Positions 34,939-46,916 of a stretch of DNA of 64,000 nt are shown one piece after another. The DNA comes from Schizosaccharomyces osmophilus (lineage: Eukaryota): contig NC_079240.1 of NCBI RefSeq assembly GCF_027921745.1, positions 744,001 through 808,000 of the forward strand. Reading direction: 5' to 3'. The notes under the pieces were generated by a model. It saw only the letters and a program-made list of their open reading frames with translations, did not search any database and was not told the DNA's origin. The stretch's first letter is position 1, and each line of letters opens with the position of its first letter. A program made the position numbers and the translations under genes.

Positions 34939-37900
34939 ATGTCCCATAATTTGAAGACTTACTTTTTTTTTGCTTTTTGCGGTTTCTTTATCTGGGTTGT
35001 TTTTCGAACTTTTGTTACAAAACTTATCTACTTATGGGCGGCTGGCTATTTTGTTTGGTTTCATTTGCATTCCAAGCATCTTGGTACCTTCAGTTCTTTC
35101 AATTCAGCTGAGCCGTTTCTTGTTGATCCTACAGTTTTTCGGAAACGGAGTCAAAATTTGCTAAAATCGAGATTCTTACTGAGACAAGCTTTATGTCCTG
35201 GATATCCAGAAATTTCAGAAGAGCTAGAGTTCATTCTGGAGAATTTCATGGAGAGATATGTTAAAAAATGGTCATCTCAGATAATTGGCGAACCGACTAT
35301 TCCAAACAGCATTGAGGATCATTTCCGAAAATGCATCCATACTCTTTTTTTGAGTGTTGAGACAGTTGACTTTGCAGATGTTCTCATCAAGAAAATCCTA
35401 CCACTACTTACAAAGCACCTACGTCTTTTTGTCGAAGCAGAACAACTCGTCGTCGGCCATAAGGCAGTTTCTTTCACCGACCATTTTGAGCTTTCAAAAG
35501 AAATAGCTGCGAAATATAATAATGGTTCATTACATAAAGCTATCCTTTTGTCAGGAAATCCGATGGTTGCCCAAAAGAAATATTTGAGGAATTGGACCAT
35601 TCAGGTGTTGTCAATAATACTCCCTAATTACTACCAAACAAGTCCTTTGGTGATTTCACTAATAACCGAAATTATAATTAATATTGTTCTCCTTCCGCTA
35701 ATATCTTACGTTTCTGACCCAGATTTTTTTAATTACTTAATTATTCAAGGTAGTGGAAGTATAATTGAACGGCGTAGAAAGATACGTCGCTTAAAGCATG
35801 CTATACGCAAGTTATCCTCAAATTCTCAGATTGGAACACGCAGGTTAGGACTAAAGGATAGTCAATATGCTTTCGACCAATATATAAGGGAAATCCATCG
35901 TATTTCTAATATTTCTGACGCTAGGCGTCTTCGATCTGAGTTGTTAGTGCAAAGGCGTCAATTAGATCAACACACCCCTTTTAGTTCTGAGCTTCAACAG
36001 TACCATGAACGTTTACGAGTAGCTTTGAATACAACCGAAAAAAGAATATCTGTACTTTCTGGATTCCCGTTTCAAAAAAGGCAGTCTGCCCTCGTTGAAC
36101 AAGCTCAGTCTTTGCAGCAAATACTGTCTGATTCCGCGGCTGTATCATGTTTTTTAGAATTTATGGAACGCAGGCAAAGGTCTCATCTTCTTCATTTTTG
36201 GCTTGTAGTAGAAGGATTGAAAGAATCACAGGATGATCCTCTAAATGCACATATATTGGCTCCGTTTTCTGATATATCTTCTGATTATACCGATTTTGCA
36301 GCCATCGCTAAGAGTTATTTGAAAAGAGATAAAAAGCCTTTTAATTTACCAGATTCCTTGATGAGTTCTATATATTCTTTCATTGACCAATCTGAAAATA
36401 GTCTCTCGTCAGAACTGTGGATTGATGCCAGAAATGCCATGCTAGCCGCTCAGGAGCATGTTTTTAATGTTATGCATAATGATGATTATTTCGAATTTGT
36501 TAATAGCGATATTTATTATCGCTTTCTTGCTCAGGATGTTGTTTCAGATAAAAAATCGCTAACTTCATCAACTGCGTACAGTCCTGTTAATGATACTCAA
36601 GATAATCATGCAGACGTTTTTAGACAAGCTTCTATTAAAAGCATATCTTCTTCTTTAAGATCTTTTAATTCTTCTGCCTCAGTTCCTTTGTCCATGTCTT
36701 CTTTAAGAAGAGATAGTACTTTGAATGATGTGGATTTAGAAGGTTCAATCAGTAGCGATGAAGAAGAAGTGCTTTTTGCTTCTCCTGGTGATCTTCAACT
36801 CTCTGAAGCAATTCAAGAACTTCAGACAGATATCCAAGAGTTTGAAAATCAACTTCACGCACTGAGCACAATGATGAAAAAAGCCGAGTTAATTTCAGAT
36901 CAAAAACAGCTCAGAAGTTTGTCTAAAAGCTATCAGGCTATAGAGAAGGCTGTGGGTCGGAAAAAAAGGCAAGTGGATCAATATTTGTCACAAGAAGAAG
37001 ACAGCAAATTATACAATCGTTCGAGGATTTCTATAGACTTTTATAAACTTTGTAGGGATGAGAACGAACGAGAATATGCTGTCTATACGATACGTATTGA
37101 GCGCTTGGAAGGGGATGTTATAAGGTCAGGCTGGATGGTTGCTAGACGATATCGAGAATTTGCTGAATTGCATAAGCAATTGAAGCAAACGTTCCCACAA
37201 GTACGCTCCCTTAAGTTTCCGAGTAAAACCGTTATTCCTTCAATAACAATGTCGATTTTGGAGTACAGAAAAACAGCCCTTAAAGAATATTTACAATCTA
37301 TTTTTCAAATGCCAGATGTTTGCGATAGCAAAATTTTGAGAATGTTTTTATCGCAACAGAACGTTACTGCTCCACAAATGTTCAATCCGAAGATAGTTGG
37401 AGAACGATGGAAACGCTCTTTGGAGACGCTAGGCTTTGAAGTTAACGGTTCCTTTAAGTTGTCACAAGCCGATAGTACATCATCTTTTTCAGCTCCCATT
37501 TGTGAGTTTTTTATTGAGCTCTTTTCTCCGAATAATGATATTAAGCAACAGTGGATGCCGAAAAAAGCTTATATTTCCATCTTAGAGCAGCTTTTTGGAG
37601 GAGCTTTAGAAAAACGTATACGAACTCAATTGAGTCAATGGATCAATCAAGAACGAATCTATGAAAAAGTCCACCGGCTTCGGCATAAGCTAGCCGACAG
37701 TAAGAAACATGAAAAATCGACACATGGATCTAATCGTGCTCGTAAACCAGCTTATGCTGATCGAAATCAACTCAAAGCTGAGGCTGGTATCATGCTTGCA
37801 TCTATGTTTCCTGGGTATACGCCTGACATAGCTGTTAAGAGAATTTTTCGAATCTTACAAAACCAAACTCTTAATGCACATATTATTTATACTTTGCTGG

Positions 37901-37956
37901 ATGAAGCACTCGATGGTTTAAAGCAGCATAAAGAGGATTCAGAAAAAAAATCATAG
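34939..37956 (+). CDS. snx12: PXA-RGS-PX sorting nexin
   Basis: N-terminal TM, PXA region, RGS-like [17 protein letters not shown] motif [20 protein letters not shown], and a Nexin_C-like tail. Confidence 0.87.
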   Translation: MSHNLKTYFFFAFCGFFIWVVFRTFVTKLIYLWAAGYFVWFHLHSKHLGTFSSFNSAEPFLVDPTVFRKRSQNLLKSRFLLRQALCPGYPEISEELEFILENFMERYVKKWSSQIIGEPTIPNSIEDHFRKCIHTLFLSVETVDFADVLIKKILPLLTKHLRLFVEAEQLVVGHKAVSFTDHFELSKEIAAKYNNGSLHKAILLSGNPMVAQKKYLRNWTIQVLSIILPNYYQTSPLVISLITEIIINIVLLPLISYVSDPDFFNYLIIQGSGSIIERRRKIRRLKHAIRKLSSNSQIGTRRLGLKDSQYAFDQYIREIHRISNISDARRLRSELLVQRRQLDQHTPFSSELQQYHERLRVALNTTEKRISVLSGFPFQKRQSALVEQAQSLQQILSDSAAVSCFLEFMERRQRSHLLHFWLVVEGLKESQDDPLNAHILAPFSDISSDYTDFAAIAKSYLKRDKKPFNLPDSLMSSIYSFIDQSENSLSSELWIDARNAMLAAQEHVFNVMHNDDYFEFVNSDIYYRFLAQDVVSDKKSLTSSTAYSPVNDTQDNHADVFRQASIKSISSSLRSFNSSASVPLSMSSLRRDSTLNDVDLEGSISSDEEEVLFASPGDLQLSEAIQELQTDIQEFENQLHALSTMMKKAELISDQKQLRSLSKSYQAIEKAVGRKKRQVDQYLSQEEDSKLYNRSRISIDFYKLCRDENEREYAVYTIRIERLEGDVIRSGWMVARRYREFAELHKQLKQTFPQVRSLKFPSKTVIPSITMSILEYRKTALKEYLQSIFQMPDVCDSKILRMFLSQQNVTAPQMFNPKIVGERWKRSLETLGFEVNGSFKLSQADSTSSFSAPICEFFIELFSPNNDIKQQWMPKKAYISILEQLFGGALEKRIRTQLSQWINQERIYEKVHRLRHKLADSKKHEKSTHGSNRARKPAYADRNQLKAEAGIMLASMFPGYTPDIAVKRIFRILQNQTLNAHIIYTLLDEALDGLKQHKEDSEKKS

Positions 37957-38621
37957 TTTACGAGTTTTCTCACCCCTCCTTCCACTTTAATAATATTTAT
38001 AGTAATTTGCTACACTTAATATTTGCTCATTACGTTTCGCCTAATTATTAACAGCATCATATAGTAAATATTTATTTTTGTTATATTCCAACCAGCAGCG
38101 ATGCTGTATGCTAAAGAACATGATCTTGATAATATAGGTCAGAGAGTGTTGCATTACTGAGCTTTCAGCAATCTTATTTTTTTCTCTTGCTAAGAACAGG
38201 TTATGATGCTATGGAAGAACGAGGCAATCTTGCTTATTAATTTACACTTATTCCTTCTATGACCTGCGGAGTTTACTATTTAATTTCAATATACATTTAT
38301 ACCCAGCCTATTATTGTCAAAATTGAGGTTGATTCAATGCCTATGGAAGATCTATCAAGTAAAGACGAGCCAAAATAAGGTAGCTTTACCAACCTTTCCA
38401 TTAATTGTTTAATGAATGTATTTTTCCTTCCAGAGATCGACATATACTCCAAGGATAATAAATTCTTGCTCTTTTTGAAGAATTGAACGTTTAGATGGAG
38501 AAATCCTGTGACGATGGCAATCCTATTTTAGGTGTTCCATTACTCGATGCTAATGTCTATAAAACTTAATGAAGCTTCTTTTTCATAACGATATTTGACT
38601 GAAAAGCTTTCCTTTTATCGT

Positions 38622-39283
38622 CTAATAACGATGTCGCGTAGAATAGTCTTTAGGTGAAATAACCAAACCTTTTCCTTTTCTAGCTCCTCTGAAAATTGTC
38701 TCAATAATATCGATCATTTCATTTTTGTCTTCTAAGGCCCAATTGATTTTGTTGTTATTACCAGTACCCAAGTCAATCATCATGTGTTTATTTCGGTAGA
38801 AAAACATTATAGTACTTCTGTCATAAAGTTCATACATCTCTCACGAGTTAGTTTAACAGTTCTACTGTTTGTTCAGACTAAATCGGCAGCCCTCTGCCTG
38901 AAGTTTCATACCTTGTTGAAGTCAGGAACTTCGTCAATGTCAACTAAGTAGAAGACAGCCATATTCACTACCTTTTCAGCGATCCGGTAGAGGACTTCAT
39001 CTTGTTTCATGCACTCCTCATCCTACACCAGCCAAGTTAGTACATTAATCCGTTTTCCCATGATATAATACATACATGATCCCGACCAAAACGTATAACT
39101 ACGAGTCTCTCTTGTTCTTCACATATCCGTTAGTTACTGGAGTTACAAAAGAATCCAACCAACATGAGTTCATACCAGAAAGAATTGCTTGGTCGACATG
39201 CCTAATGCACAGTTGTTAGATACATACAAATAAATGGTTTTTTCATACCATCCAGAATGAAGATGAGGAAGGAAATAACTCAT
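38622..39283 (-). CDS. dim1: U5/tri-snRNP thioredoxin-fold protein Dim1 (Dib1/U5-15K); exons 39283-39249, 39201-39176, 39116-39076, 39022-38912, 38837-38622
   Basis: Spliced product reads MSYFLPHLHSGWHVDQAILSEQERLVVIRFGRDHDEECMKQDE..VPDFNKMYELYD..DLGTGNNNKINW..SPKDYSTRHRY. Confidence 0.95.
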
Positions 39284-39715
39284 CTTGACGTTCTGAAAGT
39301 AGTGAACTTTTGCTTTTTCCTGGAGAATAGAAATTCAATAAGGACGCTTGGGAATGCACTATACAAGTTACAGAAAGCTGACGCACTCGGCTAATTTGCT
39401 GAAGTAGCATGTACCCTGGTTTGCAGAAGCAAATGAATGAAGGTTTTTTGTGATGGTGCAGAAAAGAATAAACAGTAGTTACATATGAATGTTACATTGT
39501 CAATAAATAAAAAGGTCTTTTATTGATTGATTCATTGAAAACGGAATTGAGGTTGTTTCATCGTTTCCTGGATAACTTGGATTAGTAGGTATCAACATCA
39601 ATAGTAGCAGAATGGAAACAACTCTTAAATGAGCGATGAGGCTTACGGAACATCGAGGAATAGTTTATTCATATCGTATCGTTGTCATTAAGTTAGAAGT
39701 AATATATTATTATAA

Positions 39716-41269
39716 TCATATACGAGACTTGCCCTCGTTGAAAGATTCGTATTGCTTCTCATAAACGAGTAAATTACCTCGTCGCTCTTCACTTTCTGGA
39801 ATCCAAGAGTTAAAGTACCTTGCAAACTCATTATATAAAAGTCCTTTGGAATGAAAATATTTTTCAAGCGATGGTAAGCGTTCTTCGAAAAAAACCAAGT
39901 AGTCCGGATATGCATCTAGTTGGTCAAGATAAGCTGGCATATCCAAGTAAAACCTATTGGTCTCATCAAATGGATGCTCAAAAGGTTCGCAGGTAAGGAA
40001 CCGCCACGTATGATCTGCAATCGGAACGTGAATTTGGGATTGCCAAGGTGTCGTATGGCAAGGTGCAAGAATAATACCAGTTTTGTTTTGGGCAGCAAGA
40101 GAATGAATCAACGGCATCACTTCTGCAGCCCCCAATTGATGATAACGGCAAAGGACAATTGCAACACCGATATGTACAGTGCTAATTATAACAAAAGCAC
40201 GGCGTATCCATTTTGAAGACACTGAAGCCAAACCATTTCCAATAGCTGAAAGAATTATAGGAGATAATGGATAGACAAACCGAAATTCTTTATGGGCAAT
40301 AAAGGAGTATGGAAGTAAAATAAATCCGACGGCGAAAATAGCCTGTAGGTCGAACGACAACAAGAGGAAAACAATATATCCCCCGCAGATAATTGGTATA
40401 GCTTGTGAAAGATAATAATGTGAGGAATTTACCCCATAAAGAGAAGAAAGACCTGATGTGACATTAAAGTTAAAGAAAGAAACGATAGGGAATACGAAAC
40501 GACCGTATACATATCGGTCTACCAAGACATTAAAAATGAATATCGCGCTTGTAACTGCAGTAATCTCTGGAAGGTGATTTAGCACTTCCAAAACTAACTG
40601 ACGCACCCTTGCAAATATCAAGCTAGGGCGAAGAAAAGATACTTTAGGCGAAGTTGTCCATAACAAAGTGGGAACGACCCAAACAAGTAGATTAGTAGGG
40701 CGAATAAGAAAAGCAATTCCAATAAAGATTATGAACCATATTAAAGCTCGAAATTTGAGGTTAGGATTATGGATGGTCTTGGTTTGACTTTGAGACACGA
40801 GCTTCAAATATTTTTGCCATTGCCAAAGAGCAAGAGCTGTCAGTGTTGTTTCCAACGAATTTGCAAAAGTTCGAACACCAACATAGGCATTAAAATAGGA
40901 GAATAGAGAACAAGCAAGGGTCCATCGGGCAGCTCTTCTGCCGTAGCGATGTAGGGCAAACTGATAAGTACCATAATCTAGGATAGCAGCAAAGGTTCCT
41001 TGTAGGATACGAGGAGCACACAGCATAATTGTGTAATTAGAATCCCATCCTAGTACTTTCAATAAGCGATACAAGGTAGCAAAAATAAGAGGATGCAGAC
41101 CAGAACGGATAGAGTTTCTCCATTCCCAAGTAAGAAATCCATATCCAAATACTAAATGATGAGCAACCTCCAAAGACTGGTAAAACTCGTCAGGTTGGAA
41201 AAACGTCTTTACCCATAACGCATTCCACCATCGAAAAGCAAATACCACAAACCATATCCAAGTCTGCAT
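39716..41269 (-). CDS. gpi10: GPI mannosyltransferase III (PIG-B); likely start MQTWIWF at 41269, upstream in-frame ATG at 41317
   Basis: TFFQPDEFYQSLEVAH, GFLTWEW, IRPTN, HKEFRFVYP and PCHTTPWQS motifs. Confidence 0.92.
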   Translation of the reverse strand: MQTWIWFVVFAFRWWNALWVKTFFQPDEFYQSLEVAHHLVFGYGFLTWEWRNSIRSGLHPLIFATLYRLLKVLGWDSNYTIMLCAPRILQGTFAAILDYGTYQFALHRYGRRAARWTLACSLFSYFNAYVGVRTFANSLETTLTALALWQWQKYLKLVSQSQTKTIHNPNLKFRALIWFIIFIGIAFLIRPTNLLVWVVPTLLWTTSPKVSFLRPSLIFARVRQLVLEVLNHLPEITAVTSAIFIFNVLVDRYVYGRFVFPIVSFFNFNVTSGLSSLYGVNSSHYYLSQAIPIICGGYIVFLLLSFDLQAIFAVGFILLPYSFIAHKEFRFVYPLSPIILSAIGNGLASVSSKWIRRAFVIISTVHIGVAIVLCRYHQLGAAEVMPLIHSLAAQNKTGIILAPCHTTPWQSQIHVPIADHTWRFLTCEPFEHPFDETNRFYLDMPAYLDQLDAYPDYLVFFEERLPSLEKYFHSKGLLYNEFARYFNSWIPESEERRGNLLVYEKQYESFNEGKSRI

Positions 41270-41789
41270 GGCGTTTCGAAGTACGTTGCAATGTTTCGAA
41301 TGCTTTCGAGCATCCAAGCTGATGCCGTATAAACCTTCGTTCTTGTTTCGTCTGGTTAGTGATATCGATGAGTATGAGCGGTTTGTACCGTTCTGTCAGA
41401 GATCAAAAGTAACGAGCAGAGATCTTACAACAGGTTTGCCAAATAAAGCAGATTTAACTATTGGATTTGGTAAATTTTGCGAAACGTTTGATAGTCGAGT
41501 GGTTTGTGATCCAGTTGAGAGAACCGTCCTGGCAGATGCTTCTCATCACCAGTTGTTTCAGCATTTGAAAACAAATTGGAAAATAGTGGAGGCTTCTAAA
41601 GGAAGAATTCGAGTAGACTTGGAAGTGGAGTTTGAATTTCAAAGCAAACTTCATAGCGTCGTAAGCAAACTGGCAGGCTCCACGGTAGCTACCGAAATTA
41701 TTCAAGGATTCGTGGATCAAGCGAAGCAAAAATATGAGCTTGAACACTCAAAGGAACCACTCAAAGACGATCTTTCAAATGTCCCATGA
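41268..41789 (+). CDS. coq10: Mitochondrial coenzyme Q-binding START-domain protein Coq10
   Basis: LVSDIDEYERFVPFCQRSKV, ADLTIGF..ETFDSRV, LFQHLKTNW and VEFEFQSKLH motifs; basic N-terminal presequence-like MAFRS. Confidence 0.92.
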   Translation: MAFRSTLQCFECFRASKLMPYKPSFLFRLVSDIDEYERFVPFCQRSKVTSRDLTTGLPNKADLTIGFGKFCETFDSRVVCDPVERTVLADASHHQLFQHLKTNWKIVEASKGRIRVDLEVEFEFQSKLHSVVSKLAGSTVATEIIQGFVDQAKQKYELEHSKEPLKDDLSNVP

Positions 41790-42642
41790 AATTGGGGAAT
41801 TGGGAATCCCATCCTGTTCTAAATTAACACTAAGATTCGACTATAAATTACAGTGATGCGAAAAAAGTATATTTACTTTTCTTCAAAAAGAAACAAGCTG
41901 CAAGAAGAAAAGGAAGTTTTATTCTCAAAAGACCACCTAAGCCAATTTTACGAACATTGTACATAATTGCTAAACTAAATTGTTGACGACTCAGAATACA
42001 ATTCACGGACAGTTACCATCTTTGGATATCCAAGTTAGCTCTGTATCTGCAACTCCATTTCCTACGCTTCGTCTTATTTTTAGAGGAGTAATCCAGTGTA
42101 ATGTTCAAGATACCCATAAAGATATTGTTTCTCGGATTACTCTATAAGAATGGAGGATTGCCTAGGATAACCGTTTCCGTGTCTTTTCGTTCACAACTCC
42201 TATACCCCATCTATATTCATTGGCTAGAAAAGAGCTGAGGGAGGAATGTGTTGAGAGACAAGTCGCTTTGCAATGTAATAAATGATTCCCTTAGATACAT
42301 ATATCTCAATACCTCTTTTTCAACGTTTGTTTCATGGTGTAGCAAGTCTACTCCTAGTACGAACAATAGTCTTGGCAGTAAAATTGGATTCGAAATCATC
42401 ACTCAAAGAAAAAACGACTAACGAATCTTTTGTTTTTGCCAATAATGCAATGAATTTACAGACACGAATGTAAACTACTATAACATAACTTCACAAACAC
42501 AACATACCTTTTATTCCGTTAAAAATCTAGCAAGCGCAATTTAAGTCTTAATTTCATTTCATTCAGTTTTCTTAACACTAGTTTCCTCCTTCACACCGTA
42601 CATACAATCCTTTAATTGAATATTGACTAAACATAGGATATT

Positions 42643-42657
42643 GTAAATAAACAAACA
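42643..42657 (+). promoter_or_regulatory. Overlapping forkhead/FLEX-like sites upstream of atg20
   Basis: GTAAATAAACAAACA about 200 bp upstream of the ATG at 42860. Confidence 0.5.
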
Positions 42658-42859
42658 GCAAGTAACAACCGAGTCACAACACTTGAAAGACTTCAGTCGT
42701 TACGTGTGCAGATGGTATTACTCACAGGTATGAACTTTTTTATCTATTCAAATTACGATACGCTGTACTTTCTTGACCATTATTAACGACGGTCCTTACG
42801 ATCTGCTATCTATATTTATAAAGGAATCAGACCAATACATAACCAACCAAATATCTGTT

Positions 42860-44664
42860 ATGGACGTATTAAAAGAAGGTGGTTATAAAGAAAGACCGTC
42901 TTTAGATTCTCATGAAACCGCTGAAGGATTGGATAGGCGAACTCGTCTCCAGATTTCGATTGTTAGCACCGTGACATCTTCAGATGGATCGTTTGTGGAA
43001 TACGAAATCGCACACAAGGTACGTTTTATAAAACTTCATTGCAGTTTAAACAATTGATGAATTGGGGATGTGTCGCTAATCCATGCGAATGCTTTAGAAG
43101 CGATCTGTTTGGAGGCGGTATTCAGATTTCGAGTCTTTGGTAAAGTTGATGCATAGACGCTACCCAGCAGCAATTGTACCACCAATTCCAGGAAAGCAAT
43201 CACTACGTATGTTTAAAATGAGCAGATTTCGCTCATAAGTTGCTCTTACTTGCCAAGACCGGTCACTAACGAAGGCTTTATGGGCTCTGTTATGAGCCAA
43301 GCAAGCCTTATATAGTAAGCTATGCAAAGAATCCTAGAAAAGCGAAAAATGATGCCGATTTTTTGGGATTCCGTTCCCGTATGCTTGAACTCTTCCTTCG
43401 CCAGTGCTTCTTACATCCATTGCTCCATGTCGATATAGATTTTGACAAATTTATCAATTCCAGCATTTCATGGAGCGCCATAATATCTTCTATGGGTTTA
43501 CCAAAAGATTCCACCGATCCTCTTCGCTTGCCTCCGATTGGTACTGAACCCGACCCTTTTGCGCACTTGCGCTCTTCTATGCCTTTAGTAATGTCTAACG
43601 CAGTAACCCCTCCATCCTCAAAAAGCAAAAAACAAAATGTTCCTTCTCAATCAGCCCGTCCCACCAGCAACCCTTCCACTACCTCTTCTATAGATGGACC
43701 TGTCTATCCGGACTCTGAAGACGAAGCAAAACATCCACCTACATCTAGTGAACTGCTCATTACGCATGATTCAGATGATAATACATCTTCTGCTTCTGTT
43801 CAAGAACATTCCTCCTACCTCCCATCGGCTATTGATGAACTTTCCATATCTTCAAATCCACAAGACACTACCCGCCCAGAATCCAAAGATTTAACAACGT
43901 ATACCAATGAAGTAATGCTTTGTCGAAAGTTTCTGCATCATAACCTCAGCCCTTCTATTCATTCTACTTTAAATGGGATTTCTAAAATGGAGTCATCTCT
44001 CTCCAAATTGGGATCTGCTTTTCATTCTTTAACCGCTTTAAGCGAGGCTCACTTAGCAAACCATTTACAAGTCATTGCTAATGCGTTCGAATTTAGTGGG
44101 ATGTATGCAAAGGAATTAGAACAAGAGTTTAACTCTGCTGTATACGAAAAGCTAATTCAGTCGATGCAGTTAGCTCGTTCTGCCGTTAGGGCTCTTAAAT
44201 ATAAGGACTTAAAAATACAGCAGAGAGATTTTTTAAAAGATCAGTTAGTTCACTCGAGCTCTATCAATTCAATAGATTCGTCGTCGCCCTCTTCTCAGCC
44301 ATTCAATCGGCTGAACACAATTCAACGCACAATGGTTTCACATGCAAAAAAGGGATACACAATTTTTGGAAAATTACAGAATGCAATTTACGATTTTGTT
44401 GATGGCGAAACATCCATTAGCAAGGAAACGTTGCAAGAGCATAGAACAACTATTGAAAACCAACTGACCGCTGCAAGCTGGGATTGTCAAACAATTGATA
44501 AACTCATCGATGAGGAGCTAGAATTCTATAAATTATGCCAAAGCACTCAACTGCAAGAGATAGTGAACGCGGTGCATGCTTCAATTTCAAAATGGGCGCA
44601 ATCAAACCTACAACGATGGTTACGAACAAGAGAAGAATTAGAGGAATTGTCGAGATGTATATGA
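42860..44664 (+). CDS. atg20: PX-BAR sorting nexin Atg20; exons 42860-43018, 43098-43206, 43316-44664
   Basis: PX motif VWRRYSDFESL..YPAAIVPPIPGKQSL|LSY..FRSRMLELFLRQC assembled across two introns; C-terminal BAR-like coiled coil. A short upstream exon from ATG 42712 is possible. Confidence 0.87.
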
Positions 44665-45523
44665 CAACTTATCATTTTTGCTTATTGGTTCACGAAGAGC
44701 AACGCACGTTTATAATGTGTCAGTTACGATTTATGATGATGACTTTTTTTCTTTATATTCAATCTTTTAAACCTGTTACCATGTATATTAATTATATTAA
44801 TTTATTTTCCTCAATGCATTTTTGCGTGTTCAATGGTATAATTATAAGAAACCCTATGGATCTTTGTAGTATCAGCGGGGTTGAAGCGGACCGTTTTTAA
44901 GCAGAAGTATAGTAGTCTTTGCAAATTCTGGGAATATATATTAATTTGGATGGTCAAAATCTATTTGAGCGCACTAGTAGAAGATACAGAATGAAATGAA
45001 TAGCAAAAGCGTAAAAACTTTGGGAATTTTATTGACGGTTAGTACATGCATAGATCCAAAAAGGAAAAGAAATAAGGACCAAGTTGAGAATAAAGATGGT
45101 TTATTCAATTTTTATTGGCAATCATTAAGCAAAAAAGTAAGATATAATGGAACAACATGTTTGCCGAATCCAGTGACCAAAAACACATAGAAAGAATGTA
45201 AATGGTCCTCCAATAGAAACTAAACTTTACTGTTTTGCAATTTCAATTCCTCTTAAACTATCTTGAAGAGGGAAGTAAGTAGAAACAAGGTGAAAAACCA
45301 GCACCCAAGAATATAGGTTGAAGCCAATTCAAACATTAGAATCAAATGTGATATAAATAAGAGATTATTCTTATTATATTTTGTTTTCAAAAAACCAAGG
45401 TAAAAGTACAAAGGTGAAACAATGCAATTCAATTTACGGTAGAAGAGATGAAAAGGGGGATTTTCATGACTTGTAAGAGGAAATTACACGCAAATCACGA
45501 GGATTAATAAACAAAAATCACAG

Positions 45524-46156
45524 TTAATCCTTCTTGCTCGTCAAAGTCTTTTTGACAAAAGCCCAAACACCAGCAGCAGAAGCCACCAAGGTACTACTGA
45601 TGGCCATTGCACGCACGCCACGAGTAGACTTGTAAAGAGCACCAGTTACAGCACCAGCAGCAACACTGTTTTCCCAGCTATGCTTTTCGCGCTTGTAACC
45701 GATAAAGGAGTTGATTCCATTGTACACAATGGCGAGCACACCAAGAGAGTTTCCGACAAAAGGACCACGGCGTGTGACACCGTTCAAAACACCGTTCAAA
45801 CGAAGTCTAGTAGAAGAGATGTCTCTAGTTTTTTTAAGACCTTCATTTAAACCCCATGCACCACCAACGGCTAAACCGGTCAAATACGAAGTACCAGTTC
45901 CGTAGCAAAGATCGTCTTGCCAACCACGAGAAGGGAGAGCCATACTATCACCAGGCAAAGCGCTTAAGGCATCTTCTTCAATAAGCAAATAGTCTAAAGG
46001 CTTATCTAATTCTGCCAAAGGATGAAGCTTTGCGGGATCAAATTCTGACTGAGAGAGGATATCCGAAGCAGAGGATCCCGGGGAGGCTTCATTTTCAACA
46101 GGTTTTGCCAGAGTATCTTGATTTTCCTTTTTTTCTCTTGTAAATAACCAAGACAT
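45524..46156 (-). CDS. tim23: Mitochondrial inner-membrane translocase Tim23
   Basis: PSRGWQDDLCYGTG, LNGVTRRGPFVGNSLG and AAGAVTGALYKS motifs. Confidence 0.95.
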   Translation of the reverse strand: MSWLFTREKKENQDTLAKPVENEASPGSSASDILSQSEFDPAKLHPLAELDKPLDYLLIEEDALSALPGDSMALPSRGWQDDLCYGTGTSYLTGLAVGGAWGLNEGLKKTRDISSTRLRLNGVLNGVTRRGPFVGNSLGVLAIVYNGINSFIGYKREKHSWENSVAAGAVTGALYKSTRGVRAMAISSTLVASAAGVWAFVKKTLTSKKD

Positions 46157-46916
46157 GTTCAATTTTGTGATTTGAACTTACAAAGAAGATGTTGGTTGTC
46201 AGTCGGTGGACGCCGCCTATTTTAACGCGCTGGGGATTAGGGTCAATTTCATTTGATGAACGATTTTGATATTTTCTACTTACAATAATTGCCTTTTCTT
46301 TTGTTTTATATTCAATCTAAAATGTAAATATTTTTTTGTTTAAAAACTGATTTTACTTTATACATCCATTTGCAAGTCATATCGTTGTAAAAACATAGAC
46401 ATTTATACCGTCCTTCGTCTGCTCCATTGAATAAATCTTTTAAAGTATATTTTTGGGAAATAATTAAAAAAGAAGGACCTAATAAACTGGCAAAGAGCGA
46501 GGTAACGTTCAAGCACTACTCTGTGAAAAGGTACATTTAGTATAGCTAACTGAAATAAAAAACAGCATGAAATTAAGACCAAGGGTTTACCGATCTTTCG
46601 AGACGAGCAAAAGCTACTAAAAATTAAACAAGAAAAATAGTTAAATAGTTAAAAAAAATTGAGGGGATAGGCCTCTCGGATCGAACCTTTTTTAAAGAAA
46701 AAGGAATCGCACAGAAACGCCATAAAAATTGATTCTAGATAAAGCAATAAAAAAGATTATTAAATTGCAATTTGTCGAAGGGGAAGACAAAAACAATAAT
46801 GAACGTATGTATAAGAGAAATCACAACGAAAGACGAAATTTTAGGACCATCAACTGCATCCGTAAACTGGATCTACTTCTTTTTCTTGAAGATGTTGATT
46901 GCACTTATGTCCCCGC

